DNA of 64,000 nucleotides from Oculina patagonica (Eukaryota): NCBI RefSeq assembly GCF_052425735.1, contig NC_135761.1, positions 16,182,001 to 16,246,000 of the forward strand, read 5' to 3'. Shown piece by piece: positions 54,248 to 64,000 of this stretch (position 1 is its first letter; each line of letters starts with the position of its first letter). The notes under the pieces were generated by a model. It saw only the letters and a program-made list of their open reading frames with translations, ran no database searches and was not told where the DNA came from. The position numbers and the translations under genes were made by a program.

Positions 54248-56262
54248 ATAGCGTTTTACTTCTAGAGGAAATTGCATCATAGGATTAAATTTATTACAAT
54301 GGACCCTGCCGTGACAGAATAAGCGTGACCTTGGAAAAATAGGACTACAACGAAACATGGAGTAGACAGTGTGTCACACAACTTGTTCAGTTGTTCAGAA
54401 AAGAATGTGTCACGGTGACATTTTAAAACAGTGTTTGGGGAAGGCGTTAGTTGAAAACGTTAACCCCTAAAAGAATCGTAACCCTAACATAATTATCTCG
54501 TTTTAATGTGTTTTTCTTTCCACCAAGCGGATTTTGCTCGGTGATTATTTAATGTCATTTTTAAAAAGATAATAATAATGACTTGACTTAGAGTAGACTT
54601 CCAACATCCATCGTAAAATACGAACCCCAACTGGGTTTGTTAAAAAAAATAGTTGTTTTTGTTTTGAGCAGTTGATTTTGTTTTTCACGGCTTATTCATC
54701 TTCAAAAATTACCAGATGAATGTGCATCAGCGCTTGAAATGAAATAAGCAGCTTTTTACAAGGGTGAAAATCAGGAAAACTAAGTACAAGTTTCAAGGTA
54801 AATAGATCGATTCACCAATTGTAATGTGAGCTATATTTGGAATTTTAGTAAATAATAAAGATGGTAAATTTGGAGTTCTATTAAGACAAAAGAAAACCTT
54901 TGCTACAAAATCTCTTTTCAAACTCAAGAACGTTTTCACATGACATCAGGGCAGCCATTGGTGTTCCTATACAAATTTCTCTTCTTGGGAAATGAGTTTT
55001 ATTCTTATGCAAACATTGTATTGTTTAGGATCACCAATATGGCCACATGAAAACGCGCTCTCTATATATCAGTATCAAAATTCTTTTTACCGTTCTTCAT
55101 ACATTTGCCATAACTTTCCTAAGAGAATTTGTTGTTTTATCGAGACTTTCCTCTTTGTTAATCAAGTTACGTATTCTTATGACCTTACCTGTTTGACTTT
55201 AGTAGGGGAAAGTAAAGAGAATAGTACAACTGGTCACTTCCACAATCTAGTGTGAATGTAACTACAACTACAAATAAAGAACGGTCGAGTCTCGTTTGAA
55301 CGGACATCGAAGGGATCACACAGTTTCCCTAATGACAAGGTGGTCTTTCAAAGCGGGTTAAAATTTATAAGCTACCGTCCAAAGCCCGAGTCCGTGATGG
55401 GATTCGACTGAACTTTCTTTTTCCTTCATTATTACATATCAAAGGAACAAATTTTTATTTAGGGAAATAATATGTTTTTGTTATATATATATAAGACCTA
55501 ACTCGAGTTATGTTTTACTAATACTATGGGCAGATCAGTGCAAATGGCGTCCGTCGTGGCGCCCTCAGTTATCAAAGAGAAGTTATTCATAATGCTGAAT
55601 TGAAAGTGCCCGCATTAATTTTACTGTACAAAAATAAAAGTTTAAAGATTATCGTCCAAGCGTGAGAAGGTCCATTGTGTCTTCCCCTGTATAGCATGTA
55701 CATTAGTACCAGCTCTCTCCTCCCAGTGGTGTAGCAGCTTCCCTGAGCTTGTAATTCTGCTGGTCCTCTAGTGTAGCATTTGCTACTGTTTTGGGGGCAG
55801 GAGGCTCTAAAACAGTTTTTCTATTGTTCTCCCGACGGGTAGCGAGCCATTGAAGTAAGACATTGGGAGAGCTACTACCCTACCCCCACATAGGAGATAA
55901 ATCAATAAAAGGGAACCGAAGGGAGGATAGAAAGATAAAGGATGTGTTAGGCCACCCCCCCCCCCCCCAGTTTTTTAATCTTTTTGTCAGTATCATCTGG
56001 GGTAATGAGATTTACTTATAATCGAAATCAACCCATAATTTCCCCGCTCATCCCAGATGAATAAAAATAATAAAAAATTAAAAAAATAATAAGTCTCGTT
56101 TGTTTTATTTGCCAAGTTAGAATTTTCATATATCAGAATTGGTCTGTTATAGTCCAGCACCTAAAATCCAGTAACTGCAGGCCTTGCCTATTTGAGACGA
56201 AATATACTAAAATACGTTACATCCTTAAAACAAGTTCCCTAAAATTGTCCAGGTAATGTCCC

Positions 56263-59200
56263 TTAGTTGGTCGACGCCCTCCACCATGAAGCTGAAATTC
56301 AAGAAAAATTACACATGACAAAAAGTCCATCACTATGCATTTCTTATAACAGTATGCTTGTTTTTTTTTAACCTTAAATATGTCATCGGCCAAAACTTGA
56401 TCTTGTAAGAGGAGAGAGGACTAAAGAAAGGGCTTCAAGTTGTAGGGTGGAGCAGGAGAGTGGGAGCCCAGGAGAAAAGGGGTGGGGGAAGAGAGGGCGG
56501 GAAGTGGGATTCCCAAGGTGGCGGAAACTGGGAAACAATAGAAATGGGACAAAGAGAAGGGAAACGAATACGGAAAGGGACGAGAAGCGGGAGTAAACGG
56601 GTACGAGAGGTGAGAGTTAAAAGAACAGGAAGCGGGAGGTTCAGACCTCCCTGCCCCCATACAACCCCCCCCCCCTCCCCACTCCACCACCACCACCCAG
56701 CTCGTGAAGACGGCAAAGTTGAAACACCAAATTTGAAACAAATGGACAAAGAATACTTTGACGTGTTTGCTTCAATAACTCGCCAACTTGTTCTAATTGT
56801 TCACTGCAGATTTAAGGATTTAATAACTGTTGGTTACATCTCAGGACAACAATTTTTCACGGCACGTATAATCGCACGGATGCTTGGGTGTACGATAAGT
56901 AAGACGTAAGATTTGGCGATGAAGAAAAGACTGCTGCTTTTGTTAAGAACAAATTGCTATTGTTTGCGATAAATGGAAAATAGCGCGAAAAGTAAGATTG
57001 TAACGAACTTGGCTGCTTCCAACAGATCCGGAGAAATTAGGCAAAGAGTAGCCTGCGAACATAATTAGATGGTTTACCGCCTGCTGCAGGCGGAAGCCCC
57101 CTTGTGCGTTTGCAAGCAAGGCAAGGAGTTGCCCAAAAATAAATACTTATAAAGAATTTGACAGTCGACAAATTTTAACATACCAGGCACTGCCATCTTG
57201 TGGTACTCCTCGGGCTGTTCCATACAATCGATATTACCGCGCATGAACGCCTTTGATGTATCAGAGGAAAAGTGCCTGTCATACAGAAGAAATGAAATAG
57301 CGTTAAGGTCATTGCCCTGTATTGCATTGCGCATCCTTACTGCGCAGAATTTTACGCGTAATTAGCGCGCGCACATAAACAAAATGGCGGCTTTTTTCTA
57401 TGCGGCTTAGTCCGCGAGAGAAGTAAATTGTCGCTTTCTCGTAAACGAGTCTGGTGACGTATCAATTTTTTCTCATATTTTGGGTGTAGTGATCAAATTC
57501 TTTCTGTTAAATGAACACAGATCAATTCTTGTGTTTGAAAAATAAATTATCTCTAAAAACGTGTACTTTGCTAGTACTCGCAGAGGATTTTTAAAGGAAA
57601 TATGTGGAATATACAAGGTCTGCCCGCTCCTAAACGAATCTGGTGACCCCCCTTTTTTATTTCAAATTTTAAGTTCCCTAAAAGATATAAACCAGTTTGG
57701 TTAAAAATCTATGTTCAGTTTTATTTCGGGGCAATGACCTTAAACAGCAAATCACCACAAAGCAGACTGTTCATTGAAGATAGTCCTTTGTCAAGTACAT
57801 AACTGTTTGAAGAAACTTTGACCCGTGAAAAGCATAAACCATGAAGGATGCGACCCAAATGTTTGCTGTATAAATTAATACCCGTATGTGACAAAATAAG
57901 CATTATGATACGACAGGTTGCTTAAATCACGCTCCTAAGGCTCCAGAAGAAGAAAACATCGTGATTATTAATAAACGGAATATTACTCAGCTGGCCAATG
58001 CCATCTACCCAGAATGCCATTTGGTCTTATCGTTCATGGTTTATGCTTTTCACAGGGTCAACATTTCTTCAATTAGGTGTAGTCAAGATGCGACTCATGA
58101 TAACATTTTAAGAAAAAAAAAAAACATTTAAAGTGAACTCCTGAATTCAAAGACAAGAATGCTGACTGTACGCGTGCTCTAAACCTTAGTCCGATTTATA
58201 ACTTTTGGTAATGGTACTGTTGAGAGTCATAACAATATCTCAAAATGTCTAGAGCAAGCGCGGCACCGAAGGCCCCGCCTAGGTCCGCCTAAAGATGCTT
58301 GGTCCCAACTGAATTAGTAAGTCCCTATAGTTAATAGGAATCAAAAGCAACATACCTGTTCAAGTCCTCACTGTTTGCCCAAATTTCGTACACTACAAAT
58401 GTATTTGTTCCACTGATGGTACGTATGCCAAGACTGTAGAGACAAGCGTCAAAATCATTAGGTCCAGGAAGCCGGGGGAGGGGAGGGGAGGGGTCATTCT
58501 TTGGAGATTTTGTGCCGGTTTCGGGATAGTCCATGTGAAAATTTTGTCAAATCTGCCGTTTTGTCGAATTGCTCGGGCAAATTCATTTCAGTTGACTCCG
58601 CAACTTTCGTGAATTTCGTGAATTCAGCCACATTCGCCGTTTTCGTCACAGAGGTATTCCTTGCTTATAAATTTTCCAGTTGGCAATTGCAGTATTTTCT
58701 GGGCATACATGTTTCTCTGTTGACCACTCCCGCTTGGTTGAACCTGACGTGCTTTGACATTAATGAATACAGAGCAAATTAATTTTAGTACTTACTGTAA
58801 ACAGCCCTCTGCCAAGGAAGTTGACGCTATGTAACTTTTGAGGTTTGAGCGAAATTCCTTTCCAGCCTTAACATGAAACTTCCTGGACACCAAGATAACC
58901 TGATTTAACAAAGAAAGAATAATTATTCAGCAACATACACAAAGACGTGTATCTCAATGTGCAAATCAGGATCTACACTCAAGGTCGTTCGCTTTAATTT
59001 TGTGATAAACCCTCGGGTTTTAGTCTAGAGCGGAAGGTATCGTTGTTTCTGTTTGCACAACCCGCGTAGCCAAAATAGATATCGTGCGCGAAAGTGTGTC
59101 AAAATGGCTGGAACGGTCGGCTGGAAAACGCAGTCGACGTGCGCCTCGCACTCACGCCTTTTTACTTCGCGCGTCCAACACGCAAATCCTACACGTCCAT

Positions 59201-62200
59201 AGACTAATCCCGCGCGCCCTCCGCAAGTCTAAGCAGAATAAGATTTAAATTAAAAAAAGGGTGAAATTGTAGTTGTGAGTTAAGTAACACTGTGCTGTTC
59301 TTCAACTTCAATCTCTCAAACAATGTAATTTTTAATTTTTAAGCACTTGGCTAATAAAATGACGCCAACGCCGACGATGATGATGAAGTGAACCAAATCG
59401 AGTAGAACAGTAATACGTACAGTAAAAATTAACATAGATTTCTAACTCACCAACTGTTCTTTTCCAACTTCAACTTCTTCTTCATCAATAACATCAAACT
59501 TGACCTATGTTATGAAAACCAAGCTTCTGATCAGTTACACACTAAAAGTGGTTGCCATACTAATGTTACAGTTGTATCCCGATAACTTGAACCCTCAGTA
59601 ACTCGAACCTCCTGCTAACTCGAACCTTTTTCGATTCCCCTTCAGGTCGTTTTCTTACTAATTTTACCCTTAATAACTCAAACTCCCGATATCTCGAACC
59701 TTTTTCGATTTCCCTTGAAGGTTCGAGTTATCGGGATTCAACTGTATTTGTAATGAAATTGTGTCATGTTCAAATGTACATCTAGGTGTACGTGTGGAAA
59801 AAACATAGTTCGTGCTAGTGGACATAAAGTTTAAGGAGTATTCAAGCATCAAAACCTGAGTTTTCAAGGAGTATTCAAAGCAAGCAAGTTTAATTTGTCT
59901 TGCACTGTATTGACTGTTTTTATCAGTCAATAGCAACTTTAGAAAAGTTTCCCCGGATTAAGGATATAACATGAAAAAATCTGCCCTCAATCCTTAAATT
60001 TCTTTGATACAATCCTATAATTTGTAATAATATTTCCCATCGGAACAAAAATTCAAGGAGTTTTTATTGTTTTCAAGCACTTTCAGCAAAAACTCTTTTT
60101 CTCAAGGACTTTTCAAGGGCCCTTGAAATCTAAAATTGAATTCCAAGGCTTTTTAAGGGCTTAAAGAAGTAGCATAAACCCTGGACAAGGCATGCACCCA
60201 CATGTTGGTACTACATTGGCCGATACTGTGCCAGTATTGTTACAGTATATTCAGCTGATCAGGTTCCTTCAAGGAGGTACATTCTGTGATAATGAAAAGT
60301 GCACGTCTGTACCTATCTAGAGGCTAGGAGTACTCAACCTACTTGAATGTGTCTGAATTTGTAAAATAATGTTTATTAAAGGATATAGTGTACTGGCAGT
60401 TACCACAATGATGCCAAAAGCATTTAACACTGGTTGAAATCCTTTCGGCACTTTGTGCACTATTATTTTTATGTTTAGTACTTTTCATCAAATAATAATA
60501 CCTTGTTTTCCAGTTTGTCAATTAGCTCGCCAAGACGATCCACTTCAAGGGATAACCCGTTCTTCAGTGACTGCTGACTAGCTGTTAACATGGTAAATTT
60601 GGAACATTAGTAAGACAACTACTACAGTACTTATAACTACTAACAGTAAGACCTGTAAAACCCATGTACACAAAAAAATAAAACACTGAAAGTGGGTGTA
60701 AATTATGAACAAAAATTTCTCTAACACTGTTCAAAGGAAGTGCAAAGCAATGAGTAAAAAAACTGATACTTTGAATTAAGACTGACAGTTAACTTACCAT
60801 CCAGACTTGTTTGTTGTGCAAATGACTGCATTTTCCTTTTCATTCTTCCTCCTCTCACATTTGTGTTAGTGATTTCAGCTTGACAAACATCAGGCCTTTT
60901 AATTAAAACAGGAGTAAATTGTTCTTTGTGCAGTTGTTTTATACATAACTATACTTTAGCCATTTGATAGAGCCCTTATAAGTTCATTTTTACTTATGTT
61001 ACAACTCAAATTCACCTTTGTTTTGTTTCTTCCTCATCAATATGGTCTACTGCAGCATTTATGTGATGTTCAAGGCAACCCATTTGACCCTGAATCTACA
61101 CAGAACAAAAATTCAAAATCAGATTGATTCAATTTGTTTTCATGGCTATGAAAACACTAAAAGGATATGAATAGTGATGTAAAAACATGCAAGTCTCTCA
61201 ATTGCTTATCAAAGTCATGTTAATGTTACATAAATTTTTAGTCTGTTATACACAATCATCAGCTTGCAAATACAGGTAGATTTCAGGCTGTTGTTTCATG
61301 CTGCTTAAAAAAAAAACAGCCTGAAATCTGTCTTTGGTTACAGGCTATAATTAACAATTAGACTACAAGCCCGAGTTTTCTATGAGCAAATAGTCAATGA
61401 GGCGCAGCCGAGTTGACTATCACTCATGTTTTAGTAGAAACTCTAAAGGATTGCAGTTCAAAACCTACAATATTGTGCACTTTGAAGACAAAACAGCCAA
61501 GTTGACTATTGCTCATGTTTTAGTAGAAACTCTAAAGGATTGCAGTCCAAAACCTACAATATTGTGCACTTTGAAGACAAAAATCAAGAAAATTTACCGC
61601 TTAAAGAGCTACTCGTGCGTGCGACTGTTTTCTATCGGCGAATAGAAAACAGTGAGAGAACCAATCAGATTCGCGGATTTCCAATTGAACACAGCTGAGT
61701 TTCTACTAATACATGTTAGCTACCAATAATATTGTTGCCTTGAGACAACTTAAATAATTACAGGATCTTCTACCTCCTACTCCTCCTTCGCCCTCCCACA
61801 ATCAGTGACCATCTGATGATTCTACAACTACTACTACAACAACAAAAATCTTTAATGTACTCTATTTGGCTTATTGATCATAATTTGGATTTTAATTGAG
61901 AGAAATACATCACTATTCATCCAGGAGTGGTACATGTATCAGTGTTCTTAGATGTAATGAGATTTAACAGGCAGTGTATAAAGAGTAAGTTATTTTAAAT
62001 GTTCATTACCTCATTTAAAAGAAAGCGGGTGGTAAATTTTCCAATAAAAGACTTCTGAGGATATTCCTAACAAAAAAAGATTAGTTTTTTTTTTAATCTA
62101 AATAACAAAGCAATTTGCTCAAAGCAATCCTTGAAACATCAGCAGAACACGCTAGGGTTTACACATATGAGGCTCTGCCAGGTGGGTTCCTGTATGTGTC

Positions 62201-62619
62201 CCTTGTCTAAATTTAAAAATGTGCGGTATCGCTGTTTTACCAAACTTCATGTCACTGTCGGTAGTAAAACTGAAGGAAAACATTTATTATCAATACTTGT
62301 CCTTGTCGGAATTTAAGTTTTTCCAAAACGGTTGTCCTTTGTCTTGATTTTATTTTATGTGCTGTTGCTACTTTTTGGGCTATGTTGCTCATTGGAATTT
62401 ACCCTGGCAGGGCCTCACATATATGCATAATTTCTGAATTCTATACTATTACCCGGCAAGCTTTCTGTTCTTTTATAAAGAAAAATATTGAGGTTCTAGC
62501 TGCTATTGCAACTGTACATACCTTTGCAGATTCAACTAGAGCATTACTAACAGCTCTGTTCATGCTTTCTAGGTTAGCAAAGATCTCAGAGAAAGGTCCC
62601 ATCTCTTTCATGAAGTAGT
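56263..62619 (-). CDS. NECAB: N-terminal EF-hand calcium-binding protein (NECAB), 3' part; 5' exons lie beyond the right edge
   Basis: Exons 62619-62522, 62066-62010, 61095-61016, 60895-60798, 60581-60502, 59504-59451, 58899-58796, 58433-58356, 57275-57184, 56291-56263 join in frame. Motifs FTTRFLLNE, RLGELIDKLE, the ABM-domain VYEIW..HFSSDTSKAFMRGNID and terminal PASWW. Confidence 0.88.
57306..57740. mobile_element. PIF/Harbinger-type MITE in a NECAB intron
   Basis: TIR AGGTCATTGCCC / GGGCAATGACCT with TTA/TAA flanks. Confidence 0.65.
59569..59744. mobile_element. Tc1/mariner-type MITE (TA TSD)
   Basis: TIR CAGTTG.ATCCCGATAACT / AGTTATCGGGATTCAACTG. Confidence 0.75.
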
Positions 62620-62758
62620 CTAAACACAAACCAAACATATAATGTGTTTGACTACACCTTATTATAGTATTTTAAATTCCAGATTGGGAATAATTCTTAA
62701 TAATAACAGGGCTTGAGACTAACTTTTTAACTCACTGGTTTATTGGCTAGTGACATGT

Positions 62759-62980
62759 ACACACATGAGAGTTACCGGTTGTGGCACAACTTGCAAAAAA
62801 AACCGCTCGGGCTCGCCTGGCTCGCTGGCTCGCCAGTCTCGCCTCGCTATTTTTTGCAAGTTGTGTCCACAACCGGTAACTCTCATGTGTGTGGGGGTCG
62901 CAATGCCAAAACTCTCATGTGTGTGGGGCCCGCAAGGCCAGCCCTCTTGTGTGCGGGGCTCGCAAGGCCAACCCTGTGCT
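62759..62980. repeat. Hairpin (~42-bp arms) plus three 30-32-bp direct repeats upstream of PolB
   Basis: 62759-62800 pairs with 62850-62892 with one bulge. CTCTCATGTGTGTGGGG..CGCAAGGCCA-like units run from 62878 to 62970. Confidence 0.8.
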
Positions 62981-63030
62981 AGGAATAAATATCAATTGAA
63001 CAAATATTTTTAAGGTATATACACCGAAAA

Positions 63031-64000
63031 ATGGCTGCAGCAAGGATCTCGTCAGAAGCTTTGCAAGCAATGATGGAAGAAAACATTCGTGAATTTCAAA
63101 GAAACCCCCAAAGAAATTTAACTTTTTTATTGGCCCACACCAATTTTAACGAATGGCTCCGTGTATGGGAAATGAACATACCGGAAGCTAACGAAAACAA
63201 CAAAGATCTTTACACTTTTGCAAGAAAAAACAAAAAAAGGTTTTATGAACTTTTAGTAAGCGAAATTGATGACTTACAAAATTTAAAAGCAAGCTTTGGA
63301 CTTGAAGTCAAATTTTCGAAACAAAGAGACGGTGAGACGCAACACATGGAACACTATTTTAGAGAAAGTGAACCACACCTTTTTTTAAAAAACGACAAAG
63401 ACCAAATAAAAAAAGAGTTTGACAAATTTATTGAAAGAGCAAAGGGAGAAATTGAGGCTTGGTCAGAAAGAGGATCAGGCTGGGTTATTGAAAGAATAAC
63501 CAAAGTGTACGTCAACGTTGCACGCTATCAGCCATTGCGAGGTGGAAGTTATTTGCCTTTGCCCCCAAAATTGGCAAACAAGAAAGCAATTATTAACGTG
63601 CAAAACAGAGATAACCAATGCCTAAAATGGGCTTTGAGAGCTGCATTATTTCCTCCAAGAGATGGGAAAAATCCACAAAGAACAAGCAGATACCCAGTTG
63701 ACGACGGCATTAACTACAATGGAATCGATTTTCCAACTCCACTAAAGCAGATTGACAGGCTTGAGGCGCAAAACAGGGACCTTGCAATAAATGTGCTTGG
63801 GTGGGATTCAGAAGACAAATGTGTGATACCTTTAGATTAAGCGAAAAAGAAAATAGCATTCCCCGTATATTTCTTATGTTGATTGAGTCAGGATTAACAC
63901 AGCACTACTGTTTTATAAAAAGAGTAAGTGCTTTGTTACATGACCAAACCGGAGATCAGCATAAAAAACACTTTTGCATGATGTGCTTGACAGGTTTTAC
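63031..64000 (+). pseudogene. Polinton/Maverick- or adintovirus-type DNA polymerase B, N-terminal part, frameshifted
   Basis: GSGW, YQPLRGGSYLPLP, KKAIINVQN.DNQCLKWA and FPTPLKQIDRLE. After a 1-nt shift near 63835 the frame continues LSEKENSIPRIFLMLIESGLTQHYCFIKRVSALL..KHFCMMCLTGF. Confidence 0.75.

Noticed and set aside
56421-56909. G/R-rich ORFs, including a WWWW alternative NECAB ending
   Set aside because: Low-complexity repeat related to ~28190-28460 in inverted orientation. The 56291-56263 exon gives the conserved PASWW.
62878-62970. CRISPR-like ~31-bp repeats
   Set aside because: No unique spacers, no cas genes, eukaryotic context.

Overview
Intron-rich, AT-rich eukaryotic DNA, very probably from a scleractinian coral: it carries a damicornin-type peptide and is dense in MITEs and tRNA-derived SINEs. 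The left half (1-31 kb, minus strand) is a secreted Cys-rich defence-peptide locus. It holds a multi-exon polyprotein gene, largely missed by the ORF track, with at least six atypical ShKT-like domains. Each domain sits on a 132-nt exon and is completed by a 21-36-nt linker microexon that supplies its sixth Cys. The domains form triplets separated by a KR-bearing microexon, and the gene has two paralogous signal-peptide exons. Upstream lies a three-coding-exon damicornin/AmAMP1-like antimicrobial peptide gene whose signal peptide is of the same AVPF type. The right half holds conserved genes: a DUSP3-like phosphatase (-), a possible 70-aa single-pass membrane microprotein (+), TMEM143 (-), septin-7 (+) and the 3' part of NECAB (-). 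A frameshifted Polinton/adintovirus-type PolB gene with an upstream hairpin lies in a NECAB intron. Exon models were assembled by hand from GT-AG sites and frame continuity. Family assignments come from recalled motifs, not database searches.
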